DNA of 64,000 bases from the human T2T-CHM13v2.0 reference genome, Homo sapiens. The notes beneath the pieces were generated by a model. That model did no database searches. It was not told where the DNA came from and saw only the letters and a list, made by a program, of their open reading frames with translations. Of the stretch, positions 1-24,355 are shown one piece after another. Within the stretch, counting starts at the first letter, position 1; each line of letters opens with the position of its first letter. The position numbers were made by a program, and so were the translations under genes. The stretch is from the NCBI RefSeq assembly GCF_009914755.1, contig NC_060947.1; one strand, 5' to 3'.

Positions 1-2951
1 ATGAAAAAAAAAAAAAGAAATGGGTAAGGGGAATGAAGCATCTGTGCGTGAAACTCCAGGGTGGCCAGCAACATCTATGTGGGGTGGTGTGACACCTCTG
101 TTAGATGCTTGTGGACCTCCGCATGAGTAATGGGACATCCCGAAAACTCAAAAGGAGTTATTAACTGAAAGCCATATAGTGCACTGCGATAGGGAAGGGT
201 GGTGGATAACCTATCCAGTGGGCTGGCCACTTCTCTGGGCTGTTCATTTGGCATTGGAGGCCCAGCTAGCAGCAGAGATGAAAATTAAATGGCTAGGGAA
301 GGAATTGCAACAAGAAAAAGACACGTGACTTTTGACTTTTCTCCTTGCATCCAACATAATGAAGAAAATTGACGACCAAGAGAACAAAAATTGAAACCTT
401 AGCATGTAGATAGATTGGTCCGCCTAGGGGGAATGAAATGGAAATGACCAGAAATTAAAGCTGTCATAACTAAGCCCGATTGGGATGTGAAAATTTGGAA
501 ACCCTGGGAATGTTGTGGAGAGGAATATTTCGATGACATAGAAGTCATAGCTGAAGAGGGGAATGAAGATCTTTGGCAAGCTCGCCCCTCGTGCACAGGA
601 AAGTGAAAGCTGAACAACTCCAGCAAAATTGGAGTTGGCTGATCCAGGAGAATCTCACAATCAGTGTATATCACTCTCACTATCACTATCTCACTGCTAC
701 AGAACTCCTAAAGATTGCAAAGACGTTTAAACAACCACCTAAGGAACCACTGACCTCTTAGATGGTCCAATTGTGGGACACAGGGTTTTTCTTTAGCTGG
801 GAATCAAGCAGAGAAAAATGATTAATATCATCACCCACCTGGTCCTGCAGCAATACCTTCATAACCCAGGAAGAATAGCCTTATGGAATGGATTATTCTA
901 GCTATGAGAGAGGCTTGGCCTAATGAGAAAGATTTACCAGGAGGGACAACCTGCTGGTGGTCAATCAAAGAGGCCCTGGGGCTTCTCTGGGAATTAGGAA
1001 TGAGGCAAGCCATCTATACCTGGGTTTTCACAGGAACTGATATAGCAGTTTTTACTGCCAGGGTGAAAAATAAATTGCTACAGCATGCATGAAGAGAATG
1101 GCAGGGCCCTTTTCTGTCTTTGTTGAGGCCTGGAGTGGAACAAGATGTATATGATGTGGGACAAGGCATTGCAAATTTGGAAAAAACTGAGCAAACCAGG
1201 GACAGGGTAAGCTTGGGAACCTGACGAGGGTTAGCAAAAGGGAAAAAGAAAATCCCACAGAAAGAAGGAGGAAAAAAAGGGAAAGGGATAGATAAGAGGC
1301 ACATGTAAGTAAATGTGGCATGATTTATTGGGAGCAGAAACACCCCAATAAAAAATAGACAAACAACCTAACGCTGTATTAGCAGTCACATAGAGGGAAC
1401 TACCGCCTAAACAGCAATTTCGTTGCTTCCTTTCTGCCCCTCCTGCAGAAGAGGAAGACTAGACCCCTTCTTGTAATGCCCCAGCCTATCAGGGTGGATC
1501 CCATCCGGGCTCCGAAATTACTAGGGCCGAGGTTAATCCCATGTTTGAACAATAGAGGGCGACCAGAGGCCCCATATTGAGCTCATCACTTACTGGTCCT
1601 GAGAATTAAGACTATTGCCTTACTAGGGACAGAATGTACTTTAATCCATGGACACATTCAGAAAGACCCTTTGGTCAATGGTCTGCCATTGATGGTTATG
1701 GGGGACAAATGATCCCGGTAAAAAGGACTTTAATACATCTCGGTTTGGGGAAAGTGTCCTCTGCCCCATATATGGTGCTTATTTCCTCTATTCCATAAAA
1801 TATTTTAGGCATGGATATTCTGTTAGGAAAGACTGTAAACTTCAGTGGAAGAATTCAGATTAAAGGTGGGTATAGTACAGGTATTCTCAGGAGAGGTCAA
1901 AATGGAAACCCGTACAATTCTCTAGCCCCAGGTAGGTTGTCAACGTTAAACAATACAAATTGCCTGAGGGGCATACTGTAATAAGTGCAGCTATTGAGGA
2001 ACTTAAAAGGTACATATTATCCGGCCAACTCAAAGCAAGATTATCAGTTCCATCTGGCCTGCATGCAAACCTGACCAGGCCTGGCTGATGACTGCGGGTT
2101 ACCAGAAATTGAACAAGGTAACCCTGGCCATACAAGCTGCAGTTTCTTAAATTACTCAGGTAGTCAACCACATCGTGTCTGTCCTGGGTACACATCATGC
2201 TGTCTTAGGTTTGGCTAATACCTTTTTCTGCATTCTACTGTCCAAATAATCACAAAACCAATTGCTTTTACCTGGCAAGGTTTCCAGTGGACCTTTCAAG
2301 TGCTGCCCTAGGGCTATTTCACACTCCTACAATTCGTCACCCAATGATAGCTAGAGACTTGTCTTTGCTCTCACTCCTGACTTCTCTTTTTTAGTCTTCT
2401 TATATTTATAATATGGCGTTAACCTCTGAGATGTTCATGTGTATTATGAAAGTCTGAGGGCATTGTGCAATCATCTTCTGGAACAAGGGTGGGAAATCAA
2501 CCCTTCAGAAGATCTAGGGCCCAGGGCCTGCAGTGAAGTTTTAGGGGTTACATGGTGGAGTAAGATTCCTTTTATATTGGGTACATTAATGGACAAAATC
2601 CAGTAATATCCAACTCTGAAAACAAAAGAGAAATCCAAACATCTGTGGGTCTTTTAGGATATTAGAGAGCATTTGTCCCACCCTTAGCCCAATGTTTGAG
2701 GCCACTATATGGACTTATTAGAGAAAGGAAACATTGAGACTGAGACACGTCACAGCAGGGAGCTTTGAACAGGCTAAAGTGCTAGTATAGCAGGTGCAAG
2801 CCTCAGGCACCCCTTTAGAGGGAGTAGAGATGACTTTGGATGTTACTGCTACTCCTGTGGGCAGGAGTTGGGCCTTATGGCAACCACGGTATGGTAAATC
2901 AATCCCTTTAAGATTTTGGTCACAATTACGGAAAGGAGCGAAGCCAGATAC

Positions 2952-3771
2952 TGAAAGGAAATTTTCCCTGACCCCTTCACAGGCCTCATGACAGGGGTGC
3001 CTTGCTTACTCAGCCCACAGCTCTCAACCCCTTGTGGGATGGGAAGCATGCAGGTGAGCTCGTGTAAGAGCCAGGGAAAGTGCTTTAGGGTGCTGGCAGG
3101 AGCAAAACTCTGTGCGTGCCCCAAGGCAGCATCTAAGGAGGATAAAACTCCCGTGGGCCCCCAAAACCCCAGGGCATGCATTACAGTGAGCTCTTTTAGC
3201 TTTACTGCCCGAGGATGGCTTAAGTAAGTGTTTAACAGCTCAGTGGACCTTCTGCCTTTTCGTGAGGGCAAAGGGTCAGTGTGACAGCCTTTTTGTATTC
3301 CGAGCTCTTGTCCAGCATCCAGGAAAAATCAGATTGCACGAACGAATTGAAGGATAACAAATGCAGGGGATTTTATTGCCGATGGAAGTGGCTCTCAGCA
3401 GGAAAGGGAGCTGGAAAGAGGAAGGAGCAGGAGAGTATTCTTCCCCTGAAGTCTGGCCATCTTCAGCCAGACTGTTCTCCAAAGTTCTGCCATCAAGCCA
3501 TCCCTCTGAAGTCAAACTGCACCTCTCCAATGTTCAGCTGCTTCTTTTCTTCTCCCCTTCTCTGCTCTCTGCCAGTGGAGCCTGGGGTTTTTATATGTAC
3601 AGGATGGAGAGCATGGCGGGCCAGGGGTGGTTTTGGAAAAGGCAACATTCGATCAGGAAAACGGGGATGTGAAGTTCTCACTTTGGGCTGCGGTTCCAAG
3701 CTTGAAGGTGGGGCCCTCGTCAGGGACTCCACTTCTTCTGCCTAGAATTTATCTGCCTCCTGTCCCTATCA
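2952..3771 (-). mobile_element. Solo ERV1 LTR (MER52/LTR1/LTR27-28 group) inserted in pol
   Basis: TG...CA termini; minus strand starts TGATAGGGACAGGAGGCAG. 4-bp TSD ATAC/GTAC. Removing it rejoins the pol frame (EARY|SPIEQ). Confidence 0.75.
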
Positions 3772-4666
3772 GTACTCTCCCATTGAACAAGTGCTAGCAG
3801 TGTATGCTTTACAGAAGGTGGAATAATTAGCAAAGACCCTTCCCATGACTGTGAGAACTGGTCTACCAATCAAGGGATGTATAGAAGGATTATTTAAATC
3901 ACCCACCTCCGTTTAAATCCCAAACACCTATCTTGAATAAATGGCATGCCTGTTTGCAACAATGAAGTGTCCTGGTAACCAATCCCTTAAGCCGAGAATT
4001 GCATGCTGTGTTAGGCCTTGTTATATGTGAGCAACCAAAGGACATCCCTTTGCCCCTTCCTACCCCAGTGTGTGACTCGATAAGCAAAGGAGTGTTATGC
4101 ATCCCTGATCATGCTTGGTATACAGATGGCTCCAGCAAGGGAAACCCCTGTACTTGGACCGCTGTTGCTATATGACCACAAACTGATACAATCTGGCTTG
4201 ATATAAGTACCCATCACAGTAGACAGTGGGCTGAGTTGCAAGCTGCTTGGTTAATAATCACACATAAGCCCTGGCCCCTGGCTCTTTGTGCTGATAGCTG
4301 GGCTACATTCAAAGGCCTAATTATGTGGCTAGCCCAGTGGCAACAAGAAAAATGGGTGTTTATGCACAAACCCATATAAGGCATGAACATGTGGCAAGAC
4401 ACATAGAGAAGCTGCAACACCTTGCAGCTGATGAAATAGTTGGTATTTCATGTAGTGGTACACAATAGGACTCAGTTCCAGGAAGTATAGAAGCTGACAC
4501 CCTAAGAACAATTAGAAGCATTGTGCTCTGTCCCAGGCCAATAAATAGAGACCTGTGTACATAACAAAAGTAGTAGTCATAGAAGTGCAAGAGTAGGCTT
4601 GGAGATAGCCAAGAAGGCAGGATTGCCCTTAAAATATACTGACCTCCCAATAGCTGTTAAAAATGT

Positions 4667-5020
4667 TGATATGGTTTGGCTCTGTGTCTGCACCCAAATC
4701 TCATGTTGAATTGTAATTCACACATGTCAGGGGAGGTGGCTGGATCATGGGGGCGGTTCCCCTATGCTGTTCTCATGATAGTGAGTGAGTTCTCATGAGA
4801 TCTGATGGTTTAAAGGTGTTTGGCAGTTCCCTCCTTGCTCTCTTTCTCTCCTGCCACCATGTGAAGAAGGTCCTTGCTTCCCCTTTGCCTTCTGCCATGA
4901 TTGTAAGTTTGCTGAGGCCTCCCCAGCCACATGGAGCTGTGAGTCAATTAAGCTTCTTTCCTTTACACATTACGCAGTCTTAGGTAGTTCTTTATAGCAG
5001 TGTAGAAACGGACTAATACA
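4667..5020 (+). mobile_element. MaLR LTR (MST type)
   Basis: TGATATGGTTTGGCTCTGTG...GGACTAATACA with perfect 5-bp TSD AATGT (4662-4666, 5021-5025). Confidence 0.85.
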
Positions 5021-5398
5021 AATGTATACCACATTCTTGATTCCATCCACACTATATACTATACCATGCAGGACACACTCATAGGGCTGTCTACCCTATA
5101 ACAGATCAGCAAATGAATTATATAGGGCTTCTTTTTGTAAGTCAAGACAAAAAGTATGTATTGGCCTGTGTAGATACTGCTACTGAACTGCTGTAAGTTT
5201 GTCCTTGTAAGTGAGCTAATCAAGCCAGTACTATTAAAGGTTTAGAGGCTCTCAGTACTATGTATGGATATCTTTGACACATTGACAGTAACCAAAAGAC
5301 CCATTTTGCTGGACATGATGTGCAGGACTGGGCCACGGAACACAACAGATCATGGCATTTTCATCTCCCATGTAACCTCCAAACAGCAGGGTTCACTA

Positions 5399-5563
<165 letters not shown>

Positions 5564-5566
5564 TTA

Positions 5567-5752
<186 letters not shown>

Positions 5753-5767
5753 CTAGGGAAACCTACA

Positions 5768-6180
5768 GTATTAATCCGTTCTCACATTGCTACAAAGAAA
5801 TACCTGAGACTGGGTAACTGGAAAAGAGGATTAATTGGCTCACCGTTATACAGGCTATGCAGGAAGCACAGCAGCTTCTGCTTTGGGAGAGGCCTCTGAA
5901 AGCTTCTGATCATGGTGGAAGGCAAAGGGGGAACAAGCATCTCACATGGCAGGAGCAGGAGCAAAAGAGAGTCAGAGAGGAAGTGCTACACACTTTTAAA
6001 CAACCTGATCTCACAAGAACTCACGCACTATTGTGAGGATAGTACGAAGGGGGTGGTGCTAAACCATTCATGAGTAATCCACCCCCTTGATCCAATCACC
6101 TCCCACCAGGCCCCACCTCCAACATTGGGGATTACAATTTGACATGAGATTTGGTGGAGATACAGATCCAAACCATATCA
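5768..6180 (-). mobile_element. MaLR LTR (MST type)
   Basis: GTATTAATCCGTTCTCACATTGC...CCAAACCATATCA, flanked by CCTAC/CCTAT. Confidence 0.8.
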
Positions 6181-6564
6181 CCTATCACCTACCTTGCTAG
6201 AGTGGATGAATGTGTGATCTGCAGGGCTTATGTATTTAACTTCAGCCAAAGCAGGATGCTTGCTCCATATGACTTGTTGGGACCACCGTACCCCAAGCCT
6301 ACCACTATTTGCATATGGGTAACTGAGAAGACCGCTTTGCTCCCAGACCTGATTGACAACCAGCATATTTTGTGCATAACAACACTGACAGATATACTGT
6401 CAGGGGAGAGGACACTGCACTGGGGCTTAGAATGGCAAATACCCCCAGGCTGGATAGGCTATTTCTTGCCATAGATGGGGGAATATCCTCAACAGTTAGA
6501 GTGGTTCCCATTGCTCCTATTGAATACTGGACCCATGATCACCCGCTATAAATGGTTAGGGGAA

Positions 6565-6857
6565 ACAGTATTATAAGCGAACTAACACAGGAACAAAAAA
6601 CCAAATACTGCACGTTCTCACTTGTAAATGGGAGCAAAACATTGAGTACACATGGACACAAAGAAGGGAACAAGAGACACCAGGGCCTACTTGAGAGTGG
6701 AGGGAGGGAGGATCGAAACACTACCTATAGGATACTAAGCTTATTGCCTGGGTGATGAAATAATCTGTACGCCAAACCCCTGTGACATGCAATTTACCTA
6801 TATAAGGAACCTGCACATGTACCCCTGAACCTAAAATAAAAGTTTTTTTTAAAAAAA
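6565..6857 (+). mobile_element. 5'-truncated primate L1 3' end
   Basis: CACGTTCTCACTTGTAAATGGGAGC...ACCTGCACATGTACCCCTGAACCTAAAATAAAAG followed by an A-tail. Confidence 0.9.
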
Positions 6858-7682
6858 GAAGCACAAATTCAAACTTTCCTGGAGAAACCTACCTTGCAAA
6901 GGTGGATGAATGTGTGATCTGAAGCCCTTATTTCTTTAACTTCAGCCAAAGGGATGAGGTGCCTGCCCCATGTGATAGGTTGGGACCACCATTCCCCAAG
7001 CCTACTATTTTTCACATACGGGTAACTGAGAGGACTGCTTTACTTTCAGACCTAGTTGACACCCACCATATTTTCTGCATGAAGACAGTGACAGACATTC
7101 TACCAGAGGAGGGGACACTGCACTGGGGCTCAGAATGGCAAATACACCCAGGCTGGATCGGCTATTTCCTGCCAGAGATGGGGGAATATCCTCAACAGTT
7201 AGAGTGGTTCGCATTGATCTTATTGAATACTGGTCCCCGATCACTCATTATAAATGGTCAGGGGAAGCATATATACCCCATGGCATGGTGGTGAGCTCTC
7301 TAATATGGTGTACTCTCAATCAAATTACTTTGACCACGGCTGCTGACACTTCATCCTTGGGCAACATGGTTGGTATATGGCCCCTTTCCCTTTACAAAAG
7401 CCAAGAGCTGACTCTATACTAACTACTCTAAATGAATGGACTGGTGTATTCTGACAGATGGAAAATAAATTTCCTTGCAAATACCCACTAAGTTTGTTTC
7501 CTTTCATCCTTAGTTGTCATGTTCTGTCAATACTATCACTAGCTGCCACCTAGGAAGCAAACCTTTTCCTACAATGGGCCCAAGAGTATGCTGTTGGCTT
7601 ACAGAAAAACATCTGTTGGGGCCGGGCACAGTGGCTCACACCTGTAATCCCAGCATTTTGGGAGGCTGAGGCAGGTGGATCA

Positions 7683-8048
<366 letters not shown>

Positions 8049-8334
8049 TCAGACTGAACCCCTGCGTTGAATGCTGTAGTTGTTACTGGCTTCATAGCTG
8101 GCTTCGGTCCTGGGGCACCTGGTGGCAGAAGCTGCTTCTTGGTTTAGGTGTTGTGCTCCTATGTTCCTTACTGTCCTGGTTTTGCCTTTACTGTTGCTGC
8201 AGCATTTTCCTCCAATAAAGCCAATGAGCTGCTGCTATAGCTATACAATATCAAGCACCCTCCCTCTAGACCCAGGGACTATCAAGGAACAGGTGGGCAC
8301 GTGAGATTGCAAGGACCAGTACTGAGGAGTGGAG

Positions 8335-8763
8335 TGTAGGTATACAGCCTGCTGCATGGCCAGAGTGATTTCATCTTGAAGGGAAAATATCATGATGACA
8401 GATGTTTGACTCCCGCATACCAAGGTATTTGGCAACAAGGTCTTTAAACATTGGCCGTAGCGTAGATAATGTCTCATAAAGATGCTTATCTAACCTCTCC
8501 AGTGGTCAAGAGTTTCTGCAAGAAAGTATGAGACATGGCCAGGTGCTCATGTTTTAGCATAAAAATTTTCTATAGAAAGTAAACTTTCTGGAGGACGGGT
8601 GTGGGTTCCACCCTCTTGCAGCCACTGGACACATAGCTTCTGTTCAAAGGTCCCCATTAATTGTTTATTTCTGAGAAACTCGATTTGTCAGCCTCTTTCT
8701 TTGGCCTCTCAGTGCCCTTGGCCTTTGAGGGTAAGTTTACATAGAACTGCTCACCACGGAACA
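8335..8763 (+). mobile_element. 3' LTR of the class III ERV (LTR47-like)
   Basis: Begins TGTAGG right after the polypurine tract and ends CTGCTCACCACGGAACA. Family name is from memory. Confidence 0.75.
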
Positions 8764-8843
8764 ATACCAATGTGCCCAATATATTGTCTTTCTTTCTAGA
8801 GCAATTACTACAACAGTAGGAAATAAAATGTTACAAGGTGTTG

Positions 8844-8924
8844 TCTTTCTTTCTTTCTTTTTTTCTCTCTTTCTTTCTCTCTTTCTCTCCCTCTCTCTTT
8901 CCTTTCTTTCTTTCTTTCTTTTTT

Positions 8925-8960
<36 letters not shown>

Positions 8961-8995
8961 TTCTTTCTCTCTTTCTTTCTTTCTCTCTTCTTCAT
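8844..8995. repeat. (CTTT)n/(CT)n microsatellite grown from an Alu tail
   Basis: Read directly from the sequence. Confidence 0.95.
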
Positions 8996-9281
8996 TTCTT
9001 CCAACACAGAGTCTCACTTTATTGCTTAGGCTGCAGTGCAGTGCTGTGATCTTGGCTCGCTGCAACTTCCGCCTCCTAGGTTCAAGTCGTTCTCCTGCCT
9101 CAACCTCCCGAGTAGCTGGGATTATAGGTGCCCACCACCATGTCCAGCCAATCTTTGTATTTTTAGTAGAGACGGTGTTTCACCATGTTGGCCAGGGTGG
9201 TCAGGAACTCCTGACCTCAGGCGATCTTCCCGCCTTGGCCTCCCAAAGTGTTGGGATTACAGGCGTGACCTACCATGTCCA

Positions 9282-10849
9282 GCCTGCTGATCTCTTTCTG
9301 ATGCATTCTCTCCATCCCCATCTCTCTAAACCCTCTCTAACAGACTCTCAGACTTTCCTCTCCCTCCTACATTCTCTTCCTTTTCTTTTGTCTCTCTCTG
9401 CTCCTCACCTCTTGACTAAAGATGTTGGCGGCTGCATCTCTAGCCAATGTCCAAATCCTAATACTACAACAAACATGGCCAGTGACATCTGCCTTTAAGC
9501 ACTTGTCACAGAGGTCACCTGTGCATCGTCCACTTCCAGCCTCCAAAGAAACAATTCACTACAAACCACTTCTGGAGACGTGGCACCAACTACCAGGGAG
9601 GCAGCCAGGGAAGGATGAGGAACTCTCATCATCATATTTCTGCTCGGGACCAAGGTTCCTGAACTGGAAAGGGCCCATCTGCTCAGCCCTCCCCATCACC
9701 CCTAACCCCTGCAATGCTGCAGGTTTTCATAAAGTTGTTTTTTTCTCTACTGACACCTACAAGCTTCTCACTTTTGAGAAACAAAGATTGTAAAGGTTTT
9801 TTTTCATAATTAACTAAATTTAATTTAGAGCAAATTTTTTTTTAACTCATGTGTTTTAGTTAGTAAAACACCATCTTGGGCCAGGCATGGTGGCTGTAAT
9901 CCCAGCAGTTTGGGAGGCCGAGGTGGGCGGATCACCTGAGGTCAGGAGTTCAAGACTAGCCTGGCCGATATGGTAAAACCCCGTCTCTACTAAAAACACA
10001 AAATTTAGCCAAGCGTGGTGGCACACGCGTGTAATCCCAGCTACTCGGGAGGCTGAGCCAGGAGAATTGCTTGAACCTGGGAGGCAGAATTCAGTGAGCC
10101 GAGTGCAGTGAGTCGAGATCGTGCCACCGCACTCTGGCCTGGGCGACAGAGTGAGACTCTGTCAAAAAAAAAAGAAGGAAAGAAAGGAAGAAAGGAAGGA
10201 AGGAAGCAAAGAAGGAAAGAAGGAAGAAAGAAGCAGATAAAAGGCAGAGACAGAGTGGGCCACTTGGTGAGGCGGGGATGGAGAGTCACCTGCCTGAGGC
10301 ACACCCACCCAACTCACAGGTGAAACTGGAGCGGAATCAATGAGGAACTAAGTCAGGGATCTGGCTACTCTTGCCTCTCTCTAGAGGACCCCTTGCCCTG
10401 CCATCAGTCCCACTGAGAACCCTCATTGTGCTTCCTCCAGGACAAATTCACATGTCTAGTGGAATCCATGGAGAGCCCTCCCAAGGCAAAAAGTCAGGAA
10501 CTGCAGGCTAATGCTTCCCTCCCACTGGACAGGCCTGGGGAAGACTGGGAAGGGGCTAAGGGAAGCAGAGAAACTGCCTTCTCTGCCCAAGAGCAACAGA
10601 CATAGCTGCAGGGCAGGAATGAGGGACCCACATCTGATACACTTGGGACCGGGCTTCAGAAAGTGTCCCCTCCCTATGTTGTTTGTGTCTCAGCAGGTGA
10701 TTTTGTCCAATCAGCAGGTGATTTTGTCCAGCCCTCTTCCCCCAGGTACCAGGAGGTACCAGCTGCACTAGCAGGTTCAAAGGCCTCAGGGGACGACCCT
10801 GTGTCCCAGATTTCTGAGCAGATGGCCTAAGCTACTTTGCTTTGCAGCT
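9282..10849 (+). repeat. Left arm of a 1.57-kb near-perfect inverted repeat
   Basis: Reverse complement of 13142-14708. Identical mirrored ORFs in the track: 10511..10771+ = 13220..13480-, and 9422..9793+ = 14201..14572-. Confidence 0.97.
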
Positions 10850-11719
10850 CTGCAGACTAAAAGGAATTAGCTCCAGAGACCAGGGACCAATGGGGCTGTG
10901 GGAACTTCTGGGCCAAAGGTGGAAGAGCACTTCATGAATTATTCAAGATTTGATAGATAGTGGCATCTGAATTTCGCTACCAGCAGGCAGTGCAGAACTC
11001 AACATCCACCTGGAAAAGATGTTGAGCCTGAGCACCAGTGCCACCACCTTTCAAGGATGCTATGCTTGGTGGTCCGGCTGGGTTGGGCTGCTGTCATGGG
11101 AACCCAAGTTACACAGCCCCCCTAACACATCAGTTTTGCCAGAAGGTTCAGGCCACAGGGCTGGGCCATCATCTGGACATTAATCCCCCAGGTGCTGAGG
11201 AAGTTGCTGAGGCAAAGAAAGGAGCAGCAAGGTCACTGCAAGTAGAGGGTGTTTCAGCCAAGGATGCTCATAAATTCTATCCTTTACTCAGCTCACCCTG
11301 CCTATCCTTCAGAGGCTCAGCTGAGAAGCTATTCACCTCCACTCCCATTCCTCCAGAGTCTCTGGACTAGCCCAGTTTCACAGAAACGCCCCTTAAAATG
11401 GAGAATCTGATTCTACACCATGAATTTATCCTAGCTTGATAAATCAGCTAGAGAGCCTGATTTATTGGCCTAGGAGCACCCAGAAGAAACCTGTAATCTG
11501 GCAATGACAAGTTTATTAACCCTTTGCAATGAGAGAAACTTCACACCAGAAGGACTATAGAATGTCTCACCAAACAAGGAAAGGATAGAGATTTTATAGG
11601 ATCTGAGGAAAGAATGAAACTTATGTGAAATTATACAAACCCTGCCATATTGGTCCATGCCATGTTGTCTACCAAGTATATTAACTGTGAGGAGCACATC
11701 TGTGTATCTACTTCTAACG

Positions 11720-11935
11720 CAGAGTTTCTCAACCTCAATGCTATTGACATTTCATGCTGGATAATTCTTTGTTGTGGGGGCTGTCTTGTGCATGGTTGGC
11801 TGTTTAGCAGCAACCCTGACCTCTATCAACTAGATGCCAGTGTACCCCCAGTCCCAGCTGTGACAAATGAAAATTTCCTAGACATTGCCAAATGTCCCTT
11901 GGAAAGCAAAATTACCTCTGGTTGAGAACCACTGC
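11720..11935. mobile_element. MER20-like hAT DNA transposon fragment
   Basis: Terminal inverted repeats CAGAGTTTCTCAACC...GGTTGAGAACCACTG. Confidence 0.75.
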
Positions 11936-12307
11936 TCTAATAGTTTATCGATAGTGGAAGTGAATACTAAGTAAAAGGTTTTGTGGAATGGCTTTTATTT
12001 TTAGGAAAAAAGGTATTAAATGAGGGGCACATTAAAACGACAAATCTGTGGTTAACGGTAAGCTCATTGTTAAAATTAAAAAATAATATCAGAGGCCAGG
12101 CGCAGTGGCTCACTCCTATAATCCTAGAACTTTGGGAGGCCAAGACGGGAGGCCAAGATGGGTGGATTGCCTGAGGTCAGGAGTTTGAGACCAGCGTGGT
12201 CAACATGGGGAAACCCCCCATCTCTACTAAAATACAAAAAAATTAGCCAAGTGTGGCAGCGCGCGCCTGTAATCTCAGCTACTCGGGAGGCTGAGGCATA
12301 AGAATTA

Positions 12308-12652
<345 letters not shown>

Positions 12653-12728
12653 TTACAGTGAGCCGAGATCACGCCACTGCACTCCAGCCTGGGCCACAGA
12701 GTTAGACCCTTTCTCAAAAAAAAAAAAA

Positions 12729-16570
<3,842 letters not shown>

Positions 16571-16790
16571 TATAGACAGTAACAAAGTCTCTCCAGCAAT
16601 GGTCTGTTACGCCAGAAATACATACAAGAAAGTCTAAGTTGGCCAGGCGTGGTGGCTCACACCTGTAATCCCAACACTTTCAGAGGCTGAGGAGGGAAGA
16701 TTCCTTGAGGCCAGGAGTTGAGACGAGCATGGGCAACATAGCAAGACCCTATCTCTACAAAAAATAAAAATTTATGTGAAAAAAAGATGA

Positions 16791-17143
<353 letters not shown>

Positions 17144-17471
17144 TAGGTGTGAGCCACTGTGCCTGGCATGACAGATATTTTTCTGATGTCATGCTCAACA
17201 GCAATGGTTCACCTTGAGGAAGATAACACCATCTCCCACATCTTGGGTTTTCCCACTCTTTTCAAGTGATATAGTTGTGATTTGTGCAATATTTCATCAA
17301 TGTAAAGTTTACTTTTTTTTTTTTTTGAGACAGGGTCTTGCTCTGTCGCCTAGACTGGTGTGTAGTGGTGCGATCTCCGCTCACTGCAGCCTCTGCTTCT
17401 CGGGTTAAAGCGATTCTCCTGCTTCAGCCTCCCAAGTAGCTGGGACTACAGGTGTGTGCCACCACGCCTGA

Positions 17472-18056
<585 letters not shown>

Positions 18057-18899
18057 CCGAACTCCTGGGCTCAAGTGATCTGCCCACCTTGGCCTCTCAA
18101 AGTGCTAGGGGATTACAGGCATGAGCCACCATGCCCAGCCAATGCTGGCCTTTTCATCCACCCAACCTTGGGTCAGAAGGTCCACAGCATCCCAGGGTAG
18201 GTCCTGCCCTCACACAGAGATTTGTTGCCACCACCAGTGCAGAGGGTCTTTGCTGTTCTCCATGAAAAAGTGCTGCACACACAGACCTCCACCATTCTGG
18301 TTCCTCACACCACAGTCTGCAGCTCTGACAGTCAGCAAGTCCCTCCATACAGCTGGCCACAGACTTCCCTGCCTGCAGATGTGTCCCTGTCATTTACACG
18401 TGTTCTCTGCAGGACTGGCGTTTAGAATCTCCTATGGTGGAGAGCAGAGCTGTGGGGAAGGATCAGCCAGACAGGGTCTTTGTCCTTCCTCTATTATTTG
18501 TTGACTGTCTAACTTTGGACAAATCTTAGCCTCTGAGTCTATATCTGTGGCATGGGGCAATAAGGCCATCTACATTGCATGTTTCTGGGGAGTATGTTTT
18601 ACGACTCCCTGTGAACCTGGAACAGAGCAGGCACAGAGTAAATGCGTAGTATTATTCTCATCATGTTTGTGGTTTAACAACAGCTAATTGTTTTTTGATC
18701 ACTCACAATGTGCCCAGACCTATGCTAAGTGCTTTGCAAGCACACCTTACAACAGCCCTGTGTAGGAAGTACAATCATTACCTCATTTCAGAGGAGGAAT
18801 TGGAGGGCTTAGGAGGTCAGGTGACCTGTCCAAGGTCATCAAGTGTTGGGGCTGGGAAGTGAACTCAAGTCTGTGTGACTACAGAGCCCATATCCCTCC

Positions 18900-19262
18900 T
18901 GTATTAGTCTGTTCTCACAGTGCTATAAGGACATACCTGAGATTGGATAATTTATAAAGGAAAGAGGTTTAATTGACTCACAGTTCCACATGGCTGGGGA
19001 GGCCTCATAATCATGGTGGAAGGGGAAGGAGAAGCAAAGTCACATCTTGTATGGTGGCAGGCAAGAGAGCATGTGCAGGGGAACTCCCCTATATAAAACC
19101 ATCAGAACTTGTGAGACTTATTCACTATCATGGGACCAGCACAGGAAAAACCTGCCCCCTTTGATTCAATTACCTCCCACTGGGTCCCTCCCACAACACA
19201 TGGGGATTATGGGAGCTACAATTCCAGATGAGATTTGGGTGAGGACACAGCCAAACCATATC
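18900..19262 (-). mobile_element. THE1-type MaLR LTR
   Basis: TGTATTAGTCTGTTCTCACAGTGCTATAAGG...CCAAACCATATCA. Confidence 0.8.
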
Positions 19263-19376
19263 ACTTCCCAATAGGCTGGACTGCTTACCACCCCATGTGG
19301 CCTCAAAGAGCTCCAGTCACTCCTTTACGAACCCAATCACTCCAGAACTTTAGAACAAAGTTTCTGAGTTACTCCT

Positions 19377-24355
<4,979 letters not shown>

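Noticed and set aside
9022-9498. 158-aa ORF and many similar LECSG/PASAS ORFs throughout
   Set aside because: Alu translations.
11038-11370. 110-aa ORF in the palindrome spacer
   Set aside because: GTG start, no family I recognise, neighbouring frames have stops. A tBLASTx of 10850-11720 would be needed to exclude an old retrocopy.
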